Assembly (NCBI GenBank): GCA_003971905.1
Contig: RSEE01000167.1
Coordinates: 46,318-66,317, forward strand
DNA from: Moniliella sp. 'wahieum'
Lineage: Eukaryota
Direction of reading: 5' to 3'
DNA length: 20,000 nt
The notes below the pieces were generated by a model. The model worked only from the letters and a program-made list of their open reading frames with translations, had not been told where the DNA came from and did no database searches. Shown here in pieces: positions 1-9,600 of this stretch. The translations under genes and the position numbers were made by a program. Position 1 is the stretch's first letter, and each line of letters starts with the position of its first letter.

Positions 1-2684
1 AGACGGGTCGGATTTTGCTGCTGAGCAAAGGTGATTCGGTCATGTACCAACGCTTGGCTCGCGACCACGATCGTGTATTGAAAGCCCAGACGAGCAAGGA
101 CTTGGAAACGTTCGCCAATGCGGGCTTGCGGACGCTGTGTGGCGTACAGTACGTGTCGGAGGGGAGGAAGCGTATGGCGCATGGGCCGAGGCTCATGCGG
201 CAGCAGTGCATCCCTCACCGAGCGGGACGAACGAGTGGACGCCTCGGCAGACCAGATGGAACAGGATCTGTACCTATTGGGGCTACAGTCTGGAAGTAAG
301 TTGCAACAAGGTGTGCCCGATGCGATTGCCAGTTGCGCCGCGCAGGCATCAAGATTTGGATCTTGACGGGCGACAAGCTCCAGACAGCTATCGAGATTGG
401 ATTTAGCTGTAACCTCTTGTCGACCGACATGGACATCTTGATCCTCTCTGCCGATACGGCGGCGACGCGAAGCGCAGTGGTCGCTGCGTGCGACAAGCTC
501 TCGCTGCCGGTCGAACCGATTGTTGTTGACGGTACCCCGCGCCCGATGCGGGCTAAGGAGACATTCCGTGCCGTAGTCTCTGCCGCGGGATGGGTTTGCC
601 GTCGTGATCGATGGCGAGACGCTCAAGGGGCGTTGCGGGCGGAGCAAAACCGCTCTTCTTGGCGCTGACGACGCAGTGCGAGGCGGTGGTCTGTTGCCGC
701 GTCTCGCCAGCGCAGAAGGCTGACGTGGTCGGCTGGTCAAACAAGGCTGTGGATCCATGACGCTCGCCATTGGTGATGGCGCCAACGATGTGGCGATGAT
801 CCAGGAAGCCCATTGCGGTGTCGGATCGCAGGTAAGGAAGGTGCCCAAGCCGCCATGTCGGCCGACTATGCTATTGGACAGTTCCGATTCCTGGTGCGCT
901 TGCTCTTAGTCCATGGACATTGGTCCGTGGTTCGGATTGCACGCATGCACTGTGTATTTTTCTTCAAGAACATCATTTGGACCTTGTGTCTGGCGTGGTA
1001 TCAGCTTATGGTGTGCGTATCTTTCCCTTCTCCATTTCTTTCTCCTTCTCCCCCCACCCCTTCATCTCCTCTCCTCTTTTCCTCTTCTCTCGCTGGGCGG
1101 GACAGGGCGATTGACCAAATATGTGGATAATGGACATGGCACAGCGAGTTCGACGGCACCTACCTTGTTCCCTACCCCTTCATCTTGCTCTTCAACTTGG
1201 TCTTTACCAGTTTGCCCAGCATCCTTCTCGGTGCGCTGGACCAGGATGTGAACGCGGCGGCGCTCATGGCGGTGCCCGAGACCTACTTCAAAGGTCGGCA
1301 GGGCAAGTACTACACCCGCCCCATCTTCTTCGGCTACATTATCGATGGCATTTACCAGTCGGTCGTCTGCTTCTTTCTGCCGTGGGCCATGTGGGGCAAG
1401 TACCCCGCTACCAACGCCGATGGCCACGATATGATGTCGCTCTATCTGTTTGGTACCTCGGTCGCTGGGGCGGCGGTGACGTGCGCCAACCTGGCCGCGG
1501 CGGCCATCAGCAGTTACTGGACCTGGCTCTTTTGGGTAATTGAAGTCCTGTCGATCTTTGCGTTTTTTATCTTCTCAGCCATCTACTCGGCGTTCAACTC
1601 GTTCATCTTTGACGATGTCGCGTACTACCTGTACGCCTCGGTCCTGTTCTGGGTCACGCTGGCCATGACGGTGGTACTGGCGATGCTGCCGCGGGTATGC
1701 TTTTTGGCGTGGCGCAGTAGCTTTTACCCGGACGACTGTACGATCGTGCGGGAACAGTGGGTTGTCGGTGACCTCAAGGACCGTCTCGGCCTGGGGCATC
1801 GCCACCCTCGTCGCGCTGAAAAACGAAGGGATAAAGCGACGGCCAAGCAAATCGCCTCCTTAGGTTTCACCCAGAGTTGGAGGCACAAGCTACAAGCACT
1901 ACCAAGCTCGCAGCGCGCGCTGGCTTCCACCGCTCCACACCTTCCTTCGCCGAGTCGATCAGCGGATACCGTGCCTCGAACCCTGTGCGCCCCGACCTCG
2001 ATCTCGACCCGGACGAGGCGAGTGTCTGGGCAGCTCCGGTAGACGAGTACGACGTTGGTGAGGCCATCGGACGCTCGTCACCCACCAAGACGGCTGTGAA
2101 GCTCGACAAGGACACGGCACTACCCCAGGACGTTCCTCCCGGCCAAAAGGCAAGCGCGGGGATGGACATTCGCTTGGTCGACCTCGACAACGACCTCAAT
2201 CTCGACAACGACCTCAATCTCGACAACGACACCCCGACTTCGACGTCGCGCCTGCCGTCCCGCCCCTCGTCCGCTCGCCCTCACCCTCACCCTCGCCGTC
2301 GTCGGTCTATGGCCCATCCCATCCTTCTTCCCATCCCCGCCCACCCCCGCAGAGAGAAGAGTCTGGCCGATTTGTCGGAGCCGAGCGTGCGCTCTCGCTC
2401 TTGCCCCCCGCCCTGGGCTCTGCTCCCTTGCCCGCGGGGTCATCCTTGACGCCGCTGCCCCGCCTCCGTCCAATAGCACAGTCAGCTCCACCTACTCCGT
2501 TGCCTCTCCTTCCACAGCCGCGCCGCCTCCGCCCTGGGCATTCGATCGGTCCACGTACGATGAACCTGCGCGGCTGGACCCGTGGGCCGAGCTGGGCGCA
2601 TCGGACGACGTGCTATCTTCCTTGGCGCCCACCATGTCCTCTCACCCTCTCCCTTTTCCGCGACCCCACTCTCCCGCCTCCTAA
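1..2684 (+). CDS. DNF1: P4-type ATPase phospholipid flippase, Dnf1/Dnf2 subgroup (5'-truncated by the window edge, frameshifted in this sequence)
   Basis: Motifs appear in order across frames: LLSKG(A)[50 protein letters not shown] (TGDK 366-377), [16 protein letters not shown] (692-718), [22 protein letters not shown] (GDGAND 772-789), [40 protein letters not shown], then after an intron [22 protein letters not shown] and hydrophobic C-terminal TM helices to ~1720. A low-complexity cytosolic tail follows; the stop at TAA 2682-2684 is tentative. Dnf1 versus Dnf2 orthology cannot be resolved. Confidence 0.93.
1013..1144 (+). other. Spliceosomal intron in the flippase gene
   Basis: Donor GTGCGT at 1013, long CT tract, TTGAC branch-like site at 1111, acceptor CAG ending 1144. 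Splicing gives the in-frame WYQLMV-EFDGTYL expected for Dnf1/2-type flippases. Confidence 0.85.
2183..2230 (+). repeat. 18-bp tandem repeat (CTCGACAACGACCTCAAT, ~2.7 copies) encoding LDNDLN in the flippase tail
   Basis: Directly visible; unit length is a multiple of 3. Confidence 0.85.
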
Positions 2685-3292
2685 CTCCCTGATCCCCGCG
2701 GCCCACTTATCCACCCACTATCCATCCTCTATTCATCCTCCTAATCCTTACCCAGGCGGACGACGACCCCCTCCATCCCGCCTCTCCCCCAGCGCCTTGA
2801 CCTCTCTTACCTTTTACGTTTTTCTCCCGCCATGTTTCTCCTGTTTCTCTTCTATTTTCCCCTTTTCTTCTCTTTTCCCTTCTCCCACCCAGGATCAGGC
2901 ACCGCGCCAAGCGCACAAGGACGCTCTCTTCCCCCACTTTGCCCTCTCTTCCGCACCCTCTTATATCTTCCGGGACGGCTGGCCTGCTTCGGCTGAACGT
3001 CCACCGCTTCGTTGTCGGGTTGGTGTTGGCACCCGTGTGTGTCGGGCGCACGCACTACCTGTTTTGATCTATGGTCTATTGATGTATGATATCCCATCTG
3101 TGCCGGGGCTAGACGTCCTCAGGATTTGCGTGGGGTGTGTGGCGGCGGCGGAACTGGGTATGGGTGCTGCGAATGCGTACTGGGCCGGCGGGCGTGTCGG
3201 CGGCCTCCGGACCGTCGGAGGTGAGCGGGCCGAGGGGACGCGCTACTGACTCGGTCGGTGGAAAAGAAGGAACGGGAAAGGGGCGACGAGTG

Positions 3293-3350
3293 TGACGTTC
3301 AAGTCACTCACTGGTGAGTAGTCACTAGTCACTTGTCACTCGTGACGTGG
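3293..3350. promoter_or_regulatory. Cluster of AGTCACT/GTCAC motifs with two TGACGT (CRE-like) sites
   Basis: AGTCACT at 3302, 3320 and 3327, TGTCACT at 3334, inverted pair GTCAC-TC-GTGAC at 3335-3346, TGACGT at 3293 and 3343. Lies in the intergenic region upstream of gene 2. The regulatory role is inferred. Confidence 0.4.
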
Positions 3351-3555
3351 CGCACCTGAGACGGAGGACTCCACCTGAGCGTCTGAGCTGAGCTAAGCGT
3401 GCGGGTGGAGGGGCGCGGGATGGTTTGAGACGCCACGGAGGGATGAGCTGGGGGGGCGTAGAATGCCTGATCGTTTCTGGCGCCCCCGTTTCGGCGGTCG
3501 GCGATTCCTGCGTGCTGCTGCTGCGCGCCACAAGTGCCCTGCGTGGCGGGGGGGC

Positions 3556-3580
3556 AGTCACTAGTCACTAGTCACTAGTC
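3556..3580. repeat. (AGTCACT)x3.5 heptamer tandem
   Basis: AGTCACT AGTCACT AGTCACT AGTC, the same unit as at 3302-3340 and 19772. Confidence 0.9.
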
Positions 3581-3848
3581 TCGCCTTAGACCGGTGGCGT
3601 CGCCGGAGCGATCCCGACCAACAACCCTCGTTTGCGTGTCTACGGCCTGAGGAGGGGAGACGTGGTGGGCTCGGTTGTGCTGCGGTTGCTCCCCGGTTGC
3701 TCCTGCCATCTCGTATCCACACGCCTCCATCACATCCCAGTCACCTCATCCCCAGTGGCCACCCCTCCAGCATCACCCCCATCACGCCCCCTGCCTGCTC
3801 CCCGCCTACTTCTACCTGCCCTTGGTGTTACCTCTGCTGTCCTCGCCT

Positions 3849-3908
3849 CTGCCTTCTCGCCACCATCCCCTGCCTTCTCCCCACCATCCCCTGCCTTCTC
3901 CCACCATC
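3849..3908 (+). repeat. 21-bp tandem repeat (CTGCCTTCTCSCCACCATCCC, ~3 copies) just upstream of the gene 2 start
   Basis: Units begin at 3849, 3870 and 3891. Confidence 0.85.
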
Positions 3909-3938
3909 TCCCCACCCTCCCTCAATCGCACGCCCCCC

Positions 3939-6214
3939 ATGGACTCGAGGCATGCGTCGACCGACATGCCCCCCACCCCCTCTGACCCGCCCGCCCTCCC
4001 AACCCCCCCCAAACACACCCTCCCGCTCCCACTCCTCCCCGCCGCCTCCTTCCCGTTGCCCACCGACGCTCCTCTCGCCTCCCCGCCGCCGCTGCCTGCC
4101 ATGTCCTCCTCCCGCTCTCCTTCCCCTTCCGTCCCCGCATCCCGCACGCCGGCCAACCCCCGCTGTCCAACGACCACGGCTCGACCCCCTCGACATGTCC
4201 TTCCGCTTCCCACCCGCGTCCAACCGCCCGCCAGGCAAGACATCCCATTCGTCTGCCCCACCCGCCGCCCGTCTGGCCATGCCCCCACCCGCCCTTCCTT
4301 CCCCTCCCCTTCCCCCTCCCCCCCTCTACCCTGGCCTCCATCTGCCCGCTCCTTCTCCCGATCGAACCGCCCAAGCCTGGGCCGGCGGCGTGGGCCATTT
4401 CGCCCCCGGTTTGCGATTCAAGTTGCTCGAAGTACTTGATGCTCTCGTCGATCACATTCCTCTTCCGCGCGAGGGCGAAACGGTGACCGCGGTGGAATAT
4501 GGCGCGGTGCACTCCCGTGGCCACCCGCTTCTTCAAGCCTTTGCTGCCCGCCTTTCGGCCAACTGCCTCCAAGCTCAGTCTCTTCCCTACCGACCTCCAC
4601 CGCGGCCCACGCCCGCGCACCCTTCTTTTCTCTCCTCCACACAGACATGCCAGGCACCGATTTTCGACAGATTATGGCCAGCAACGAGCAGGACCACTTT
4701 GTACCCGAGGGACTGGCTTCCCACCTGCTCGAACACGTGTTTGAATCCTACACTGCTCGTCCCTTTGGCGCCGCTGTCACTCCGCAAGCAACAGCTCGGT
4801 TCGGACTCAGTCTGATGGACTTGCATTGGGCCCATCCTCGTCCGGCTCAAGTACCTGCACCGTCATCGACTGTTGGAGCTTCCCCGCCTAGCCCAGAGGA
4901 CTTACCGGACATTCCATTTGCCGGTGGATTCCCCTCCACTGTCCCCTTGCCCTCGCCCACCCGCTAACGCCCCCGGCTGTCGCACACCATGGACAGCAGA
5001 GTTACTTTGCCTTGCACAGGCCAACCGCGCTGGGGGACCTCGCGACCCTAGGCGCTGGATCGGTCCCACGCCGTCCTTCAGTCTCGGACCCACGGGATCA
5101 CCATACCCACCGTGCCCACCACACCCACCACACTCACCACTCGCACTACACCCACCATGCCCACGTGCACCATGCACGTACATTTTCCACGCCCTTGTTG
5201 CCCCCCTCGTCGGTCGCGAGCTCCGTTGCGTTGCGTTGGGGGGCGATCCTGACCCGCAACCAGCCGAGGAACTAGCTTCGTTCCTCGCTGCTCGTGCGAC
5301 TGAATTTACCACTGGCGGGATCTTACTTGTTGCGTACCTTGCCGCCCCTTCTTCGCCCACTACCTCCCTCGCTTCTCCCCATGCGCACACTACCGACTCC
5401 ACCTTGGGGCGTGCTAGCCACCCCGCGCTTGTCTCCCCGCCGGACGGGAACGGTAACAGCGACGCAAACGGCAGCGCCAACGGTAACCGCGACGGCAACG
5501 GATGTGGGGATGGGGATGAGGATGAGGATGAGGATGGGGACGCAGGTTCGCACGATTTTTGGACGGCACTAACGACGTTGCTAGCTCCGTGCATTCAACG
5601 TCTTATCTTTACCGCTCGTATTTCCCCGACGTAGCTCGACGCATGTTGGCTCTCCCGCTCTCCCTCCGCTCTTCGCACGATACCCGCGCCACCTTGGATG
5701 CCCAGCAGGACTGGGACGTGGTCTGGTCGTGTGGCCTGGAAGAGGGAACGCAAGAGCAAGAGCAAGAGCAAGAGCAAGAGCAAGAGCAAGAGCAAGAGGA
5801 GGTGAGCACAGGTGCAGGCACAGGTGCAGGTGCAGGTTCAGGCGGTAGATCCAACGACCCAACCCTGGGGCACAAGTACAACCAAGCTCACCTCCCCTGG
5901 CCTAGATCGGAACCTGGAGCGACACGTATTGCGCATCCAGCATGGGCCGGTGCGCGCGGGGGCGTATTGACCAGCACGACGTTTGCGCGGGAACTTGTTG
6001 CGCTGGTACAATCGATCTACGAGGCACATTTACGTCGTGTACTACGTACTCGCGCACGTTTGTCCCAGGGGTCCACGGCGATCGTCCTAGACGCCTTGTG
6101 GGAACACCTCTTGGTTCGCATACAGGATTTGCGCCAGCTCAATCATCCCTCCTCCGCCGCCCTGTGCATGTCGAAGTGTGTGTTTTGGCTCTCCAGCGGC
6201 GCAGTCGCACCTGA
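3939..6214 (+). CDS. SABATH / Methyltransf_7-like SAM-dependent methyltransferase-fold protein with Pro-rich N-terminus and low-complexity insertions (frameshifted)
   Basis: Ordered blocks resemble the SABATH family: WAGGVG (cf. MxGGxG), TAVEYGA 4486-4506 (cf. IADLGC), LLHTDMPGTDF 4632-4664 (cf. FHNDLPxNDF), VFESYTARPFGAAVTPQATARFGLSLMDLHW to 4829 (cf. F..vPGSFY.RlfP..S.h...SsyaLHW), ELASFLAARATEFTTGGILLVAY 5269-5337 (cf. DF..FL.aRa.El..GG.mvl), LAPCIQRLIFTARISPDVARRMLALPLSLRS (cf. l..Lv.eG.i...lD.FniP.Y.ps). Ends VEVCVLALQRRSRT-TGA at 6214. Start is ATG 3939 or ATG 4195. Confidence 0.7.
5751..5798 (+). repeat. (CAAGAG)8 microsatellite encoding (QE)8
   Basis: Eight perfect hexamers inside the gene 2 coding frame. 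Confidence 0.95.
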
Positions 6215-6576
6215 TGCACGATGCACGATGCTGGGTCTGAGTGCGAGCGTGCGTGCAGCGCCACCAAGAAGGGGAGGAGGAAGGGAGGGGGAAGATCCAG
6301 CAGAGAAAGAACGCTTGGTGCTGTTTGCGTGGCTGCTGGCTGTTGGCTGCTAGCTGCTGGCTGTTCGGTTGCGGAGTATTCGCTGTGTTTTGTCTTGTTT
6401 CGGTTTGTTTGTTTCGGTTTGTTTTGATTTGGTTGTTCCCGTTGTGGGCGCGGGCGGGAGGGTGTCGGGTCTCGGGTCTCAGTGGGGGGGAGGCTCGTTT
6501 GGCCTGTACATGCTCTCTCGTACGGGTTTGTCACGGTCGGTTTGTATTGTCATCGATCTCATCCACGCATTGTATT

Positions 6577-6653
6577 CATCCCTCCATCCATCCACCCATT
6601 CACCCATTCATCCATTCATCCCTCCATCCATCCATCCATCCATTCATCATCCA
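6577..6653. repeat. Imperfect (CATC/CATT)n tetranucleotide microsatellite
   Basis: ccatccatccacccattcacccattcatccattcatccctccatccatccatccatcc. Confidence 0.9.
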
Positions 6654-7374
6654 TATCCAGTCGTCTTTGAACCCAACATGCTTTCTCGTCCTTTTGTCGT
6701 TGACGTATTTCCTTGAACTCTCCATAATCATGGTCGGACATGTGGACTTTTGTCACAGGACATGTAGATGGTTGTGTCGTGCCTGAGGCCCTGCCTGCAC
6801 ACCGGGCGCTGGGACTACTGAGTAATGATGTTAATGACGGGAGCAGAACTTTTCGTTGTTCGTGTTGTCCGTTCCACTTTCTAGTTTAATGGTTTCTCCC
6901 CGTTTTCTGGTCAACTGCAACCGAGCGTGGGTCCTCTGTCCTGGCTATAATCCGTGCCACGCGACTTTGCCACCTCTCATCGACCTGCAGCTTCACTCTG
7001 TACGACTCGATTGCCACCTCTCATCAATCTTCTCAGTGCGCTCGCCTTGAGCTTCGATGGCCAGACGATATTATAGCTCGTCGAACGCATTGCCAATGGG
7101 AAACGCACTGGGGATTATCGATTAGGGTTACGCTTTCTGGTCGGTGCAATGGGGCGGAGTAAACTTTCACTTCTCCACGGTATATGGGGTAGTACTTGGT
7201 GCGTATCCAGTGTGGGTTTAATGATGTCGTCCACGCTCCGCCGCTTTATTGGCGCCAACGCCCTGGCGCCGACTTTGTTCGTCGTAGCCGTCTGGGTCGT
7301 CTTTGCCGTCATCGCCGCTGTCGTTGTGCCCGTTTTATCGGTGCGTCGCCATCGTTGCACCCTCCCCCCCGCCC

Positions 7375-9600
7375 ATGTCCTCCCTCGACCACGACGACAG
7401 CCTCCCCACCGCTACCGTCCCTCCCGCCTCGGCCCGGCCGCCACTCGGCCAGCGCAGCAGCCTCAAATCACATCCATGCGCCCGTGCCGTCTCCGCCTCG
7501 CCCCGCCTCCTGGCCCGCATTGGCCTGCGAGGCGCCGCCTTCTGATGGCAGTCCATCTTTGCCTCGCTCGGCGTCCTTGTTTGGGTACGACAAGGCGTCA
7601 TGGCCAGCCTCATTGTCCACCCCGCCTTCCTCACCTACTTTCACCAGCCTTCCTCGGCCGAGATCGGTACCGCAGTGGCCATTCTCGAGCTCGCTGCGTC
7701 ACCGCCCTGCTTGCCGGCACGCTCGCTGACCGATCGGTCGCAAAGCCACTATAGGCTGGGTGCCATGTTCACGTGCGGCGGACTAGTGCAGACTGCGGCA
7801 TGGAACTTAGCCATGCTCATTGTTGGTCGTACCCTGGCCGGGTTCGGCGTAGGGTTACTTACATGGTCGTTCCAACGTACCAGAGCGAAATTTCATCGCG
7901 AGCACGTGGCTACCTCGCCTCGATCGAGTACACACTCAACATTGCCGGGTACGCATTGAGTGTATGGGTTGGGTATGGCGCTAGCTTCATCACGAGCAAC
8001 TCAAACGTTTCTTGGCGCTTGCCCCTCAGTATCCAGATCTTCGTCGGCTGCATCTTGGCTGTGGGAACGGTGGTCTTACCCGAGTCGCCTCGGTACTTGC
8101 TCATTAAGGACCGCGATCGCGACGCCATGCGCGTTCTCCTCGATCTCCATGGCGAACACGAGCGACGGATCCAACCAACGTGCCAAGTAGGTCCATGTCG
8201 ATGTGATGCTTGGCCTCCCGGCTCTGGTCGGGCAGGCATGGGGTTGTACGACGATGGGTAGAAGCAGGAGGGTGGACTCCACACGGGGGTTAGAAATGAC
8301 AAAACTGACAGATCATCCGATCGTATCTCTCTCTCTCTCTCTTATCTCCCAGACTTGAATTCCGCAAAATCAAACAAAACGTCCTCTTTCTTCGTGGACA
8401 AGGCGACCGCTCGTACCTTGCAATGTTGAAGCGGTACCGCTACCGCGTGCTCGTGGCCTGCAGCAGCCAGTTCTTCGCCCAGGTTCGTACTTTGGTGTGT
8501 GTCCGATTTGCACAACCAAAAGGGGCGGTACACACGCACGGCACACTCTTATTGTCCTTGTCTCTCTCTCCATTTGTGGGCGATGCAGATGAATGGCATC
8601 AACGTCGTTAGCTTTTATGCCCCGCGTCTGTTTTGCCAGGGCCGGATGGGAGGGAGAGACGGTACGTGAACTTCTAGGCGGTCTAAGTTATCTACTTTTT
8701 TATCGGGACATACTTACTAATTCTTCACTCCCTTTTTTGTCGTAAATTGATTGGTTTGGGTATTAGCGGTACTCATGACCGGGATCAACGCCTGTCTCTA
8801 CGTCGGCTCCACCATCCCCGTCTGGTTCCTGATTGACAGTTGGGGCCGACGTCCGATATTGATCTACGGCGGCTTGCTCGAGGCGCTGTTCCTGATGCTC
8901 ACAGGACTGTTCCTCTGGCTCGACATGCCCCTTTCACCACAACTAACCGTGGTGTCGGTGATTGGCTACACGTGCTCCTTTGGCGCCAGCTTTGGCCCCG
9001 TACCGTGGTTGTTACCACCTGAGATTTGCCCTGAGTTTCCGTGCCAAGGGCGTCTCCCTCTCGACTGCCGTCAACTTTCTCAGCAACTATTACGTGGGGA
9101 AAAACGCCTATTTTGCAGGACTCCTTACCTGGCGCTTGTATCCCATGCACGGCCTGTTCTGTCTCGGCGCCGTCTGGAACGTCTACCTGTTTTACCCGGA
9201 AACCGCAGGCGTACCCATCGAAGAATGGGCATCGTGTTTGGTGATGAACCTGCTTCTCCGATTTCACAGCGCACTTGGTGTCGTTGCTCGAACCGGACGA
9301 GGAGCAAAGTACAGCCACGGAACTCGCGTTCGATCACATGGACCGCACCAATCCGAAACTTTTCCTTTAACCTCTACCCCGTACCCGTCCCGCCAATCCA
9401 TCTCTGCCTCCCCTTCGCTTTTCTTCCCTCGACGGTCCAGAGGTCATTGTCGATGAGGCTCAGGCGGCAGCAGCAGATGTTGATCCTGCTACGCCTCCCC
9501 CCCCTCGTGGATGGCGTCGGTTCTTGGGTTCCCTGTGGAGGTCGGGACCGAGGTCGGGACCAGCATACGCGCTTGTCCACTCTGGGCCTTCTTCCACCCC
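7375..9600 (+). CDS. MFS sugar-porter family (Sugar_tr) monosaccharide/polyol transporter; 3 introns, frameshifted
   Basis: LFGYD..VMASLI, LAGTLADR, GGLVQTAAWNLAMLIVGRTLAGFGVG, VVPTYQSEIS..ARGYLASIE, SWRLPLSIQ, LPESPRYL, SSQFFAQ/MNGINVVSFYAPRLF, GWEGRDAVLMTGINA, LIDSWGRRPIL, SFGPVPWLLPPEI, FRAKGVSLSTAVNF and FYPETAGVPIEE are canonical sugar-porter signatures. Start ATG 7375 (MSSLDHDD) is inferred. The stop is uncertain, between ~9370 and ~9700. Confidence 0.93.
8187..8352 (+). other. Intron 1 of the MFS transporter
   Basis: GTAGGT donor, ACTGAC branch site at ~8304, (CT)n tract, CAG acceptor; joins QRAK-LEFRKIK. Confidence 0.8.
8483..8588 (+). other. Intron 2 of the MFS transporter
   Basis: GTTCGT donor and CAG acceptor; joins SSQFFAQ-MNGINVV, restoring the QQxxGIN-type motif. 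Confidence 0.9.
8662..8766 (+). other. Intron 3 of the MFS transporter
   Basis: GTACGT donor, TACTAAT branch site at ~8715, TAG acceptor; joins GWEGRD-AVLMTGIN. Confidence 0.9.

Noticed and set aside
2401..3249. 282-aa plus-strand ORF
   Set aside because: It runs through the CT-rich 3' flank of the flippase; its composition reflects pyrimidine tracts and it has no motif.
3302..3580. Repeat-spacer-repeat layout as a CRISPR array or transposon termini
   Set aside because: Units are 7 bp in direct orientation, with no unique regular spacers, cas genes, terminal inverted repeats, target-site duplication or transposase; the context is eukaryotic.
3700..4370. Extreme C-rich skew as a G-quadruplex/triplex element
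   Set aside because: Explained by a CT-rich 5' leader and Pro-rich coding sequence; similar tracts occur elsewhere in the window.
4621..4644. Pyrimidine tract plus CAG as a splice acceptor in gene 2
   Set aside because: The sequence encodes FSLLHTD, needed for the motif-II match, and there is no convincing upstream donor or branch site.
7122..7130. TTAGGGTTA telomere-like word
   Set aside because: A single copy, expected by chance.
1..9600. Flippase, methyltransferase-like gene and sugar transporter as a biosynthetic gene cluster
   Set aside because: No backbone enzyme (PKS, NRPS, terpene synthase, glycosyltransferase) or cluster transcription factor is in the window; adjacency alone is not evidence.
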